Shown here one piece after another: positions 1-12,213 of a DNA stretch of 64,000 bases. Both the position numbers and the translations under genes were made by a program. Origin of the DNA: Macrostomum lignano. Lineage: Eukaryota. The stretch spans positions 434,001 through 498,000 of the forward strand of contig NIVC01000416.1 in assembly GCA_002269645.1 (NCBI GenBank), read 5' to 3'. Position 1 is the stretch's first letter; each line of letters starts with the position of its first letter. The notes beneath the pieces are model-generated. The model ran no database searches. It saw only the letters and a program-made list of their open reading frames with translations, and was not told the DNA's origin.

Positions 1-10
1 GCCTTCAATC

Positions 11-367
11 TTGATCGGAGGAGCTTTACCGGTATTTTCCGGTGCACAGCGCGGCAACGGCCTGTTTGGCAGCATTGCCCGATTTGCCCTGCCAATTTTA
101 AAGAGTTTTGGCAAAAATATTCTTCGCCACGGAACACGAGCCCTAGCTACAACAGTTAGCGACACACTCGATCAAGGCGGGAACTTGAAAGAAGCGGCAT
201 TGCGTAACTCTGTCCAGGCAGCTAAAGATGCTTTCAAGGACACAGTCGCACAACGAGGTAGCGGCAGACAAAGACGAAGAAAGATGACTAACAAAAAAAC
301 GAGAAAAAGACTGCAGCATTCTGATATTTTCGACTCTATAAATAAAAAAACCCGTGCCAATAACTGA
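11..367 (+). CDS. Small basic Polinton virion/core-like protein (may start upstream of window)
   Basis: Two QRGxG motifs (QRGNG, QRGSG), amphipathic GLFGSIARFALPILKSFGK segment, basic tail ending near SDIF; directly upstream of the capsid gene as in Polintons. Confidence 0.7.
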   Translation: MIGGALPVFSGAQRGNGLFGSIARFALPILKSFGKNILRHGTRALATTVSDTLDQGGNLKEAALRNSVQAAKDAFKDTVAQRGSGRQRRRKMTNKKTRKRLQHSDIFDSINKKTRANN

Positions 368-410
368 TCTGTCTATTAGAGCACCACACTAAGCCGCTGT
401 TGAATGAAAA

Positions 411-1694
411 ATGACTGAGTGCCTGTGTACAAAGTCGGAATTCGAGCTTTTTGCTCCTCGCGCACACCAAATTGCTGCAATTAGCGCCACCACTGAAGAA
501 GTTCACCCTGTTGCCAGTGTTGAAAATGCCAGCGTGGTCGAATTTAGGATTGTTGGTGGTGAGACGTTTATCGATCTTAACGACATTGACCTCGAGATTA
601 AGGCCCGCGTTAAGCAGTCTAATGGTACAAATCTTGCTGCTGATTCGAATGTTGCGCCGGTCAATTACGTCCTTGAAAGCATGTTTAAAAACGTCACGTT
701 GACAATCAACGGGACACACGTAGAGTCGAGCAATAACAACCACGCTTACAAGGCCTATATTCTCACGTGTTTGAATTACGGACACGATTCAAAAACTAAT
801 CAACTGAGAATGATGGGCTACGCAAAGGACGCTGGAGGTCAAATGGCTGTGGTTGGAAATCCTGGCTTTGTAGCCCGCAAGGCGATGGCGGCAAACTCAC
901 GCACCTTTCACCTTTATGGACCTCTTAGTTTAGACTTTTTTGTTACCAACGACCGAATGCTACTGCCATACACTGATATGGTAATTACGCTGACCATGCA
1001 CAATTCCGGCTTCGTTCTGGAAAACCACGCGGACGGGGTTGATGCGCGGCTAGTACTCGAGAGTGCCAAACTACATGTGCGCCGCGTCAAGGCAAACCCC
1101 CAATTGGCATTGGAGATTGAAGAACAACTAGGCAAACAGAATGCAATCTATCCGATTGAGCGACTTGTTGTGCACAATACTTCAGTGGCTGGCGGTGTTC
1201 GGGACATGTCAATCAATAATATATTTCCTGAACAAAAGCCTAAACTAGTGGTTGTTGGCATGGTGAACAGCGGCGCATACAACGGTGTGGCTACACATAA
1301 CCCGTTTAATTTTGAACCGTTTGGTGCCGACAGTGTCGCTCTGTATAAGGACGGAGTCAGTCTGTGTGGACAACCGTTTACTCCTCGATTCGGTGTTCAT
1401 AACTATGCTCGCGAGTATGCCATGCTACTAAAAAGCCTAGGAAAGATGAATCGGGACCTGGATATTGACGTATCATATTCCGACTATGGAGCTGGCTACT
1501 GCTTCTTCGCCTGGAATCTCATGCCCGACATGGAGCTGGGCGGGCATAGCATGCCTCGCGAGCGAGGGAATCTGACGCTACAAATAAAGTTTTCTGCTGC
1601 CTTGGCCGCAGGAATCAACGTGTTGGTGTTTGGCTACTTTGACAATACTGTGCAAATCACTCGCGGTCATCAGGTTATTCTAGACTGCGTGTAG
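411..1694 (+). CDS. Polinton major capsid protein (double jelly-roll, PY/hexon-like)
   Basis: Intact 427-aa ORF; KSEFELF N-terminus, HAYKAYILTCLNY, HNPFNFEPF, DYGAGYCFFAWNL motifs characteristic of Polinton MCPs. Confidence 0.9.
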   Translation: MTECLCTKSEFELFAPRAHQIAAISATTEEVHPVASVENASVVEFRIVGGETFIDLNDIDLEIKARVKQSNGTNLAADSNVAPVNYVLESMFKNVTLTINGTHVESSNNNHAYKAYILTCLNYGHDSKTNQLRMMGYAKDAGGQMAVVGNPGFVARKAMAANSRTFHLYGPLSLDFFVTNDRMLLPYTDMVITLTMHNSGFVLENHADGVDARLVLESAKLHVRRVKANPQLALEIEEQLGKQNAIYPIERLVVHNTSVAGGVRDMSINNIFPEQKPKLVVVGMVNSGAYNGVATHNPFNFEPFGADSVALYKDGVSLCGQPFTPRFGVHNYAREYAMLLKSLGKMNRDLDIDVSYSDYGAGYCFFAWNLMPDMELGGHSMPRERGNLTLQIKFSAALAAGINVLVFGYFDNTVQITRGHQVILDCV

Positions 1695-1744
1695 AAACAA
1701 ACATCTCTTTTTTATTCTCGAATAACGACCATATTCATGCCGAT

Positions 1745-2194
1745 ATGAATAGTCTAGATATATTAGAACGTCTAATACTACCTGTCCCTGTTTGAGTAAC
1801 ACCAGTTGACAGGATTCCGCAGCCTGTTTATCCTGCTGCATACGTGATTAACTTTGACACTGGCAATCTACCAGGCACTCACTGGGCTTTAATTTGTCTT
1901 CATGCCGATGAGAGCGTGACATTTTTTGACCCCTTGTGTATCGATCCTGTGCCAGATTTATTAAAGTTGTGGATCACAAAGTATGTCCCTGTGGAGGTGG
2001 CCATGAACCGGCATCCTGTACAGCATCCGCTGAGTGTGACCTGCGGGGCTCATGTAATATTTGTGGCTGAAAAACACTTTCTGGAGGGTCTGTCAATTGA
2101 AAAAATATTGCGCGACTGTTATAGGACAAATCTTTACGAGAACGACTTGATGGTGCAGAATCACTGTCTACAAATAAAGCAGCATCATCCATAA
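1745..2194 (+). pseudogene. Polinton adenain-type cysteine protease with in-frame stop
   Basis: ATG at 1745 (MNSLDILERL...) is in frame with the 1844 ORF but interrupted by TGA at 1793-1795. Catalytic motifs INFD...PGTHW (His), FFDP (Asp), QHPLSVTCG (Gln/Cys) retained. Confidence 0.85.
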
Positions 2195-2196
2195 AT

Positions 2197-2847
2197 ATGA
2201 TTGGGCGGCCTATCAAAATGTATCAAACAATAGACCCCGACTCTTTAAAATTTTCCCCCAAAACGTCGGCAATTTTTGCTGGGGTGGCTCAAAGCGGCAA
2301 GACCACACTTGTGAAAAACCTATTGAGACAAGAATTTTTTCAAGATCCGAAGCCGATTCGCGTAGACTGGTTTGGCCACTATCCGGATCCTGAACTGTTT
2401 GAATTGCCGTACCCTGTAAATTTTCGTTCGTGTACATTTGATCCTGAACAATATGTCCCTGAACCAAATATTCTGCTTGTCGTCGATGACCAAATGCATG
2501 CCATGGAAAAGAGTGGCGCTTTTACAACTTTTTTCACGCGCAAAGTCTCCCACGTGGGGTTCCGACTTTGGTATCTTGTGCAAAACCTGTTTGCAAAGGG
2601 TAAGGAGCACCGAACTCAGTCGCTCAATTCGAACTACCTTGTTTTATTCCGCAATGTACGGTATGCCAGCACAGTGTCTCATATTGCAAGGCAGCTGGTC
2701 CCCACTAATCCAAAAAGTTTTGTCAAAACGTATGAGGATGCTACTCGCGACCCCTACTCATACTTGATTGTAAACTGTTTGCAAAATGCTCCTGCTCGCT
2801 ATTATTCAAATGTTTTGGGTCGTCACCCAATTGTGTATGCTAAATAA
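2197..2847 (+). CDS. Polinton FtsK/HerA-family (A32-like) DNA packaging ATPase
   Basis: Walker A GVAQSGKTT, Walker B LLVVDD, downstream R...SLNSNYLVLFRN motif; intact 216 aa. Confidence 0.92.
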   Translation: MIGRPIKMYQTIDPDSLKFSPKTSAIFAGVAQSGKTTLVKNLLRQEFFQDPKPIRVDWFGHYPDPELFELPYPVNFRSCTFDPEQYVPEPNILLVVDDQMHAMEKSGAFTTFFTRKVSHVGFRLWYLVQNLFAKGKEHRTQSLNSNYLVLFRNVRYASTVSHIARQLVPTNPKSFVKTYEDATRDPYSYLIVNCLQNAPARYYSNVLGRHPIVYAK

Positions 2848-3059
2848 ATATATACGTATCAAAGCTCGGCCGGCTTTTTGTGTAAGTATATATACGCCTT
2901 TTGAAAACTTATTTGGGAGAGGGGTTGGGGGATGACGTAATTGTCTCGGAGTGTCGACGAGGGCTGAATTCTAGAGAGTGAAGTATGGAAGGAGTGGATA
3001 TAACAGGCTGCAGCAGCGATTTACAGCGGTTGACTGACTCATCATGCCTCCGCGTGGGA

Positions 3060-3330
3060 CCGCCAATTTTGTGGGGGTCACAGACAATTCTGTGCGTACA
3101 CCAATTTTGGGTGTATATATGGACAGTAAATATGGACAAGTAATAATATGGACAGTTATGGGGTGGGCGGACGCTACAATTCTGCGCGTACACCAATTTT
3201 GGGATGGACAGTAAATATGGACAAGTAATAATATGGACAGTTATGGGGTGAGTGGGCGCTCTAATTCTGCCAATTTTTGGTATATGGACAGTTAATATGG
3301 ACAGTTAATTCTGCGTACACCAATGCTGCA
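3060..3330. repeat. Nested short direct repeats (ATGGACAG, CCAATTTT, TGCGTACACC), probable Polinton subterminal/TIR region
   Basis: Block atggacagtaaatatggacaagtaataatatggacagttatggggtg occurs at ~3119 and ~3205, with further partial copies. Confidence 0.55.
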
Positions 3331-3664
3331 TTGTGTGGGGATGGGGCGCGCGCGTTTCTACGTACAACAACGGTGAAGCGCTAATTATGCGTACTATATT
3401 GTACTGGTCGTCGCTTCTGTACGATACAGTGTACACTGATTACATGTATAGATTTTACATGAGAGCATAAATGTCTCACATAATGACTCTGGACCAATTA
3501 GAATCGGTCTAATGTATTTAGATAGGCGTTGAATTTGCATTGGCTCTGACACCCACCTCACCTCCAAAATCAACAAAAATCTGCACGATATGTAGTCCTG
3601 TAGGATATACCGGTCATGGAGAGGGAACAACCCGCCAAATTCCACGGTATCCCCACGGCTTTGC

Positions 3665-4345
3665 CGTCATCCCAACACTTGTCGAGACTTTCAGTTCCTA
3701 ATTGGCTTTCGATTTGGTTACTGGTTTTTGACGGAATTTCCATGGTTTCTCCAATCAGTACGTAATAAATACAAAAGCTTTTATTAAGCCTGTCTGTTAA
3801 GACTATTTGGCAATAAGCATCGCCTCACAACTGTTTGGATACATACGCATGCTAAATGAGCAACACGGATGTGATGTTGGTAAGTTTCTTGGGAATTGAG
3901 ATCTGATTTATAATTAGCATACAAATAATAACTTTGAATTATTTGAGCATCGCAAACGCTAGGCAGCTGATAAATTGTAAATTCATATTTGCATAAATAA
4001 TGTTTTCTTCAACTTTGACTGACGCATGTAGCAGCATCTGCAAATATCTTTTTTCAACTCAACGGTTTTGCCAGCTTTTGCAATCCCATTCGCTAACAGT
4101 CCAAGGGTCAGAGGCAATCCAAGTTCCATGTTCGCATAAATAAGTCAGCTTTACACTGTATGACGCGTACAGAGTACGCGTACAGTAAGGTCTAAAAATA
4201 GTCAAACAATGATATAAAATCTAAATATAGCCACAGGAAATCCGTTAGAAACTTCCTTCTTTGAACCACAAAGGAATGCGATTTGCTGAATAAAACTGCA
4301 ATCTGCATTCAATTTTTATCGAACATGAGGATCGGGATAAAATAC
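3665..4345. repeat. Diverged ~700-bp duplicated block, copy 1 (upstream of gene A)
   Basis: Collinear similarity to 8628-9340, e.g. aacagtccaagggtcagaggcaatccaagttccatgttcg is identical in both. Confidence 0.85.
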
Positions 4346-4359
4346 AAACTTTGTTTCAT

Positions 4360-4635
4360 ATATCCCCAGCAACATTCGCCACTCTAAGCGCCAGTGAGCA
4401 ATTTCTCTTGGACTGTTCTGAAATAAAAGATACGAGAAAACTGATCGGGGCAGCTTTAATCCGTCCAACCCTCGCACACCGCTCCCCCCACCTCATTCCT
4501 CAACTCGAGTCTGCCGCGGCGTAGCTGAATTGCGTCACTCGCAAAGATTGAGAGAGACTTTACCTGCACTCTCAAAATTGGCGACCACAGACGGAATCTT
4601 CTGTGATGGCGACTTTTCAATGTTGCTGGGTATAT
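4360..4635 (-). mobile_element. MITE (~275 bp), inverted relative to the other two copies; left TIR partly deleted
   Basis: Reverse complement matches 39534-39808 and 48455-48731 along its length. Confidence 0.8.
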
Positions 4636-4674
4636 TTCCGGATTCCCAAATAATTTATATATAGTCTTTTATCG

Positions 4675-6972
4675 ATGTTTCAAACTTTTACTATATTAGA
4701 CTCTTTGCTAATCTGTGTCGCATTTCAGCTGCAAATCGTGTCACTCATTCTCCTTGATATCTTGCACGGGTGAGTGATCATATTGTGCAGTAGTAACAGT
4801 CCTAACTGTCTCAATAATTACTTATACTCGTGCTTCCAACAACTGCTTCTCTCAGTGCGTCAGCTGGCACTCACTACTGCAATCTTCGCAGCACCCACGA
4901 GATCGCATTGGGTCCGCAGCGGCAGCGAGTCGGAAACGAAACATTTGTTGCCAAGCTCAATCCATTATTGCCCGTTCAACCATTGGTAAATACGAGAAGG
5001 TGCAAGTGGATTCTCACCTGCGCTGGCCTGAGCGAGTTCCCCCTACAGCTGGTGCTGTTGGGCAGCTCTGAGGGTTTGATGCGGTACGAGTACAATGGCA
5101 AACAGTACGATGTGCTGCCAGGCACGATCCATGCCATGGATGTGCTTGACGAGTGAGTCTTGGTTGGGTGCTAACCATAAGCGTTTTGAAACTGTACCTG
5201 ACCCCTGTCTCCAACCCCCCTTTTCCGCAAATACATGAAACCTAATCCACCCAATCCATGACAGATAAGACGCACTACACTCATTACAAATTCTAAAAAT
5301 CGCCAATCCTACAGTCTAACCTGACCGCTTCTCCCACCCACTGCAGCAGCTGCATCATCAAGGTGTCGGCCTCCATGAGCTCCCAGCATCCTGCCACCCC
5401 GGAGCCGCCCAGTCTCACAGCGGTGCTGCTTCATCCCGAGATCTGTGCCAGGGACTTTCTCCAGTTCAAGGGCGGCTGCTACACAGCCAGTCGAATCCGT
5501 CAGAGCTTCAAGGACTTCTCAAGCAGCATCCTGGGCTCTGCTCAGCTGGCCAGCTTCTCCAGCAAGGCTGAGATCAGCAGCTTCATCGAAGCGAGTGAGT
5601 CCACTCGAGACGAGATTGAGTATTGAGATTTAGTATACATTAGAGGAATTCAAGTAACAGCATTAACTACATTCACTTGAGACGTCAATTAAGTGAAATA
5701 AACTTACTTGCTATTATCCCAGACCTGGTCCGAGCGCGGGTTCATCCGTACAGACCGCCTCTGGACCTGACACAGCCGACTCGAATCGCCGTGTTTTACA
5801 GACCCTCCGATCACAGCGTGCTCTCGCTTGCTTGGAATGAGACTCACTGCTCGCTGGAGCCAGTTGCTGAGCTGCAGAGCCTGGCAGATCATCTGTGAGT
5901 ATCTGGGATTCTATATTTTGATAGTTGTTTGTGTGTCTTCTACCTGACTTGTTTGTGTGTCTTCTACCTGACTTGTTTGTGTGTCTTCTACCTGACTTGT
6001 TTGTGTGTCTTCTTCCTGAGTTGTTTGTGTGTCTTCTACCTGACTTGTTTGTGTGTCTTCTACCTGACTTGTTTGTGTGTCTTCTACCTGACTTGTTTGT
6101 GTGTCTTCTACCTGACTTGTTTGTGTGTCTTCTACCTGACTTGTTTGTGTGTCTTCTACCTGACTTGTTTGTGTGTCTTCTACCTGAGTTGTTTGTGTGT
6201 CTTCTACCTGAGTTGTTTGTGTGTCTTCTACCTGACTTGTTTGTGTGTCTTCTATCTGACTTGTTTGTGTGTCTTCTACCTGAGTTGTTTGTGTGTCTTC
6301 TACCTGACTTGTTTGTGTGTCTTCTACCTGACTTGTTTGTGTGTCTTCTACCTGACTTGTTTGTGTGTCTTCTACCTGACTTGTTTGTGTGTCTTCTACC
6401 TGACTTGTTTGTGTGTCTTCTACCTGACTTGTTTGTGTGTCTTCTACCTGACTTGTTTGTGTGTCTTCTACCTGACTTGTTTGTGTTTCTGAACTTCCAG
6501 CCGACGCAGACCGCCAGACCCTCGCACAGCCAAAGCGCCCACCCTGCTCTGCGCACACCTCACCACACCTGCGGAGAAGTCGTTGGCATCGAATTGGTCG
6601 ATCGTCTTCGCTGACTGCGGCACTCCGATGCTGTCGCTGGTGGCCACCCGTCAGGCCCCGCAGTGCAACCTCAGCGATGCCATGCTGAAGGCTTTCAACA
6701 ACGTCGAGACAGGAGCGCCGCTCGGAGGTGTGCAGAATGAGACCCGGCAGCGGTCTCAGACAGAACTGGGCTCGACTTCTGGATTGGGAAGCTCAGGAGG
6801 AACTGTGGCTGCCGCCGTCCTTGTCCCTGGTTTCTTTATTGTATTTTTATTCGCCGTTTTCTTAATCGCTCGGCGAAGGTTTCCGTCGGTTTGCGAGCAT
6901 TCTGAGTCAGGTGCTGACGACGCTCAAACTCTCAGCACAATCAGTTATCCGAGTTCCAGCTGCTCAAATTGA
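4675..6972 (+). CDS. Gene A: 5-exon type I membrane protein, CUB-like + degenerate C-type lectin-like domain (427 aa predicted)
   Basis: Exons 4675-4769, 4856-5152, 5347-5594, 5723-5894, 6501-6972; GT-AG introns with phases 2,2,1,2 give a continuous frame. Hydrophobic leader, CUB-like RCKWIL, CTLD-like CARDFLQFKGGCY..LASFSS, TM VLVPGFFIVFLFAVFLIA. Start codon least certain. Confidence 0.75.
5910..6490. repeat. 24-bp minisatellite (gtttgtgtgtcttctacctgactt) in gene A intron 4
   Basis: Tandem copies seen directly; ends ~10 bp before the acceptor at 6500. Confidence 0.95.
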
Positions 6973-7892
6973 AGCTTTGGCGAGTTTGAGACTATAATTT
7001 AGTATAAATTTGCTTAACCAGTTTACAGTGAAGTTGGCATTGCAGCTGAAATGAATTGCGAAATAACAAAGAGCACAGGGCTCTGAAAGCTAAGTCACTT
7101 TTACTACAGCTTCAAAGGGTGCTACTTAACCGAAAATGTTGTCCTAGAAATTTTTTAATCCATAGAGCTCAAGAGCACCCTCTGTCACAGTTTAGATAAG
7201 CACACCATAAACTGGCCCGCGAAACACAATGAGGACTGCGAGACCAAAGATGCCTTAAGAGAACTGGACCTGCCTAAATTGCCATGTGTGGAGTAGAAAG
7301 TGAAGTTCATTCTCTGTTTAGGTGTGCTTCCCGTGATAAATTTGAACAGGAAATCTCAGATAAAGTTTCGAATTTAAAAGTCTTACAGCAGAAGATAAAG
7401 TGTTTTCCGAATATCTCTAGAAGATAGAGGCCATAATGTAACTTCTAGCAAAATTCACCACAGGCATGACTCAAGCCAGAATGCAGCTGCCCAGAGGCTT
7501 CATATTAGTACGTTACCCGAAAAAAGCTTGAACTCTTTGTTTGCGCAAACGATATTTTAACACTCGTTTCCCCAAAAATACTTCCTCGCCAGCTTTTTTG
7601 TATCAACTAATCTCATAAAATATAATACTCGGCACCCTCTCTGTAATGCTTATCATAATAATGCTTATCAGTAACAATAATAGTAAAATATAAATAATTT
7701 ACAAACGCTTGATGCATTATTCGTATGTTATTGACTTTGCTTGCAGAAATATATTCAAATAGCTAATGTTATGAGGCATGATGGGTAGGTAAAGTATGTA
7801 AAAAGATGGCGCGATTCACAGTCAGGCCCAGACAGCGAGCTCTGTCCTCTGTCAGGCCGCCACAGGCTGCTGATAAAGAAAAAATGAGAGAC

Positions 7893-8217
7893 GGTCCGAT
7901 GCAGACTCACAAGGTGTGGGACAGTCCGATATAGACTCACAAGGTGTGGGACAGTCCGATACAGACTCTCAAGGTGTGGGACAGTCCGATACAGACTCAC
8001 AAGGTGTGGGACAGTCCGATACAGACTTACAAGGTGTGGGACAGTCCGATACAGACTCACAAGGTGTGGGACAGTCCGATGCAGACTTACAAGGTGTGGG
8101 ACAGTCCGATACAGACTCACAAGGTGTGGGACAGTCCGATACAGACTCACAAGGTGTGGGACAGTCCGATACAGACTCACAAGGTGTGGGACAGTCCGAT
8201 GCAGACTCACAAGGTGT
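7893..8217. repeat. 30-bp minisatellite (ccgatacagactcacaaggtgtgggacagt)
   Basis: Tandem copies seen directly. Confidence 0.95.
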
Positions 8218-8627
8218 CATAGCTCATATACGGCTCAATATTGTCCTATATGACCCAGTGAGAAAACACACTGCATGTAAGTCAAATGTTTGTGTTCTTC
8301 TTTTCTCTCACTTTCTCTCTCTTTCTCTCTTTCTCTTTGACGATGTCTCAGATATCTAATGTCTCAGTTAAATGTCTCAGTTCATATCAGTTAAAAAAGT
8401 AAAAGGTCCGATAGCTTTCTCTCGATCTTTAGTCCTCAACACGGATGTTTTATTTCTTCCACTCCTTAATCGTTACAGTTTCAAATAGATGCTCAGAACC
8501 TAATTGTATTTAGCAATTTAGTGAGAAGGAATAGAGCTTTAAAAGCACGTGACCTTTGAGGGATGGCCCACTGTACACCCTGCCCTCTGTGGGCGTGTTT
8601 GAGTGCGTTTGAGCTTGATGTGGGAGT

Positions 8628-9340
8628 TTCATTCCAATAATTTTCGGGACTTCCAGTTCCTGATTGGCTCTCTATTTGGCTCCTGGTTGGAGACGGATTT
8701 TCGTGGTTTCTCCATAGGCATGAGATACATGTAGGTTTAAAAAAGCTATCTGTCTGCAAGGTCTGTTTGGAAATAATTATCGCCTCGCAACTGCTTGGAT
8801 ACATGCGCATGCTATATAATGAGCAACCCGGATGTGATGTTGGTAAGTTGCTTGGGAATTCAGATATATTTTACACTTAGCATAAAAATGATAACTATGA
8901 ATTATATGAGCAGGATAAGCCGCTTGGCAGCTGATCATTGTAAGCTCACATTAATATAAATAATGTTTTTCTACTTTGACTGATACATGTAGAAGCATCT
9001 GCAAATATCTTTTGGCAACAGCTGATCATCTTTTTTGAAAGAATTTCCTACCAACAGATAAATGAAGACAAGACTTTATTCTGCAATACCATTCACTAAC
9101 AGTCCAAGGGTCAGAGGCAATCCAAGTTCCATGTTCGTATGAATAAGTCAGCTTCACACGCATTGCATGACGCGTACAGAGTACAGTAAGGTCTAAAAAT
9201 AGTCAATGATGTAAAATCTAAATATAGGCACAGAAAATCCGTGTTGAACTACTTTGAACCATGCACTAAGAAGTGCGATTAGCTGAATAAAACTGCAATG
9301 TGCATTCAATTTTTATCAAACCTCAGGATCGAGTTAAAAT
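8628..9340. repeat. Diverged ~700-bp duplicated block, copy 2 (upstream of gene B)
   Basis: Collinear similarity to 3665-4345. Confidence 0.85.
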
Positions 9341-9354
9341 TCCTATATTTCCAT

Positions 9355-11240
9355 ATCTCCATTCCCTCTGTGCCATATCTACATCCATTCCCTCTGTGCC
9401 ATATCTACATCCATTCTCTCTGTGCCATATCTACATCCATTCCCTCTGTGCCATATCTACATCCATTCTCTCTGTGCCATATCTACATCTATTCCCTCTG
9501 TGCCATATCTACATCCATTCCCTCTGTGCCATATCTACATCCATTCCCTCTGTGCCATATCTACATCCATTCCCTCTGTGCCATATCTACATCCATTCCC
9601 TCTGTGCCATATCTACATCCATTCCCTCTGTGCCATATCTACATCCATTCTCTCTGTGCCATATCTACATCCATTCTCTCTGTGCTATATCTACATCCAT
9701 TCCCTCTGTGCCATATCTACATCCATTCCCTCTGTGCCATATCTACATCCATTCCCTCTGTGCCATATCTACATCCATTCCCTCTGTGCCATATCTACAT
9801 CCATTCCCTCTGTGCCATAACTACATCTATTCCCTCTGTGCTATATCTACATCCATTCCCTCTGTGCCATAACTACATCCATTCTCTCTGTGCCATATCT
9901 ACATCTATTCCCTCTGTGCCATATCTACATCCATTCTCTCTGTGCCATATCTACATCCATTCTCTCTGTGCCATATCTACATCCATTCTCTCTGTGCCAT
10001 ATCTACATCTATTCCCTCTGTGCCATATCTACATCCATTCCCTCTGTGCCATATCTACATCCATTCCATCTGTGCCATAACAACATCCATTCCCTCTGTG
10101 CCATATCTACATCCATTCCCTCTGTGCCATATCTACATCCATTCCCTCTGTGCCATATCTACATCCATTCTCTCTGTGCTATATCTACATCCATTCCCTC
10201 TGTGCCATATCTACATCCATTCCCTCTGTGCCATATCTACATCCATTCCCTCTGTGCCATATCTACATCTATTCCCTCTGTGCCATATCTACATCCATTC
10301 CCTCTGTGCCATAACTACATCTATTCCCTCTGTGCCATATCTACATCTATTCCCTCTGTGCCATATCTACATCCATTCCCTCTGTGCCATAACTACATCC
10401 ATTCCCTCTGTGCCATATCTACATCCATTCTCTCTGTGCCATATCTACATCCATTCCCTCTGTGCCATATCTACATCTATTCCCTCTGTGCCATATCTAC
10501 ATCCATTCCCTCTGTGTCATACACTGTATCTACATCCATTCTCTCTGTGCCATATCTACATCCATTCCCTCTGTGCCATATCTACATCCATTCCCTCTGT
10601 GCCATATCTACATCCATTCCCTCTGTGCCATATCTACATCCATTCTCTCTGTGCCATATCTAAATCTATTCCCTCTGTGCCATATCTACATCCATTCCCT
10701 CTGTGCCATAACTACATCCATTCTCTCTGTGCCATATCTAGATCCATTCCCTCTGTGTCATATCTACATCCATTCCCTCTGTGCCATATCTACATCCATT
10801 CCCTCTGTGCCATATCTACATCCATTCCCTTTGTGCTATATCTACATCCATTCCCTCTGTGCCATATCTACATCCATTCCCTCTGTGCCATACACTGTAT
10901 CTACATCCATTCTCTCTGTGCCATATCTACATCCATTCCCTCTGTGCCATATCTACATCCATTCCCTCTTTGCCATATCTACATCCATTCTCTCTGTGCC
11001 ATATCTACATCCATTCCCTCTGTGCCATATCTACATCCATTCCCTCTGTGCCATATCTACATCCATTCCCTCTGTGCCATATCTACATCCATTCCCTCTG
11101 TGCCATATCTACATCCATTCCCTCTGTGCCATATCTACATCCATTCCCTCTGTGCCATATCTACATCCATTCCCTCTGTGCCATATCTACATCCATTCCC
11201 TCTGTGCCATATCTACATCCATTCCCTCTGTGCCATAACT
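9355..11240. repeat. 26-bp minisatellite (ccattccctctgtgccatatctacat)
   Basis: About 1.9 kb of tandem copies with point variants. Confidence 0.95.
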
Positions 11241-12213
11241 CTCTCGTCTCTTACATGTCTCACATCAGCTTTTGCTGTCAATATAGTATATGATTCGCTA
11301 CTAGAGCCCTTTCTATCGGTTTCTAGTGGTCCTTGCGCGTGCCACTAGCCGGCTGCTTAAAACTTGTACTGTACCCTGAATACAAACTTTACTGAATAGC
11401 AGCACGTAAGTGTGCATTAGAATGGAATGAAATATTTATGAATTAGTCATAGTCAAGTAGTTTCCCGTTAGCCAAGTCGTCATGGCCCGAAATACCCGTG
11501 CCATTCTCATTGCTATTATTGGAGCCTATTCAATGTACACTTGCTGGAATTGCCGCTCCGCCACGGGGAATTCCGCGGTTAGCCCTCGGTCATGCCGCAA
11601 TAATTTACTGTCTTCTGGGGATAAATCCAAGGGCATTCCGCAGATAATTCCAAGGGCATCCCAAGGAATTGCTTTGTAATTGCCTCCGAATTTTTCTTAA
11701 ACTGTGCTTTGACAAAATCTGCTTTGAGAAAGTCGTCTTAATTAGCCTATCTGTCCATGCAAAAAATTGGTAAGTTTCAATTTAAAACACCCCCTTTTTG
11801 TTAAATTTTGTGTTTAACATGCAGAATACCGTAACTCTAACTAGCTTTATCAGATATTGTTACAGGTGCTAATTCTTGTTCCAGCTTAGAGCTTTTCAAA
11901 TAGATGTAAAAATTAAACTACTAAAATAGTTGTTTTAATTACCTTGCCGCCCAAGCCTTTGCTAAATTGTAGCACTATTTTTAGTTCCATGTTGCTTCTG
12001 TACACTTGTAGCAGTACACTGTCAAATGTAATGTAGATATCATACTGTACATTGACTAGGGTATGACCGCCAACTGACGAAAAGTACATTTTATATGAAA
12101 ATAAATTTTACTGCAAAGGACTTATCCGTTCGTTTTTTAATTGTTGGTTAACAAAAAATCATAGCTGGAAAAAAACGAATCGATACTTCAAATTTCAACA
12201 CTTCAGAATTAAA

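Larger units (their letters stand above)
1..3400 (+). mobile_element. Polinton/Maverick (adintovirus-like) element, right-hand part; left part outside window
   Basis: Four closely packed intronless + strand genes (core-like, major capsid, adenain protease, packaging ATPase), followed by a repeat-rich non-coding stretch resembling a terminal repeat. Right boundary approximate. Confidence 0.9.

Noticed and set aside
1793-1795. TGA in the protease as selenocysteine or programmed readthrough
   Set aside because: The position corresponds to a Gly-type motif rather than the catalytic Cys, and no supporting structure was seen; a nonsense mutation is simpler.
4606-4629. Possible mini first exon for gene A (ATG GCG ACT TTT CAA TGT TGC TGG, then GT) spliced to 4729
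   Set aside because: Lies in the MITE TIR with a weak donor; an in-frame ATG at 4675 explains the leader without it. Not excluded without cDNA.
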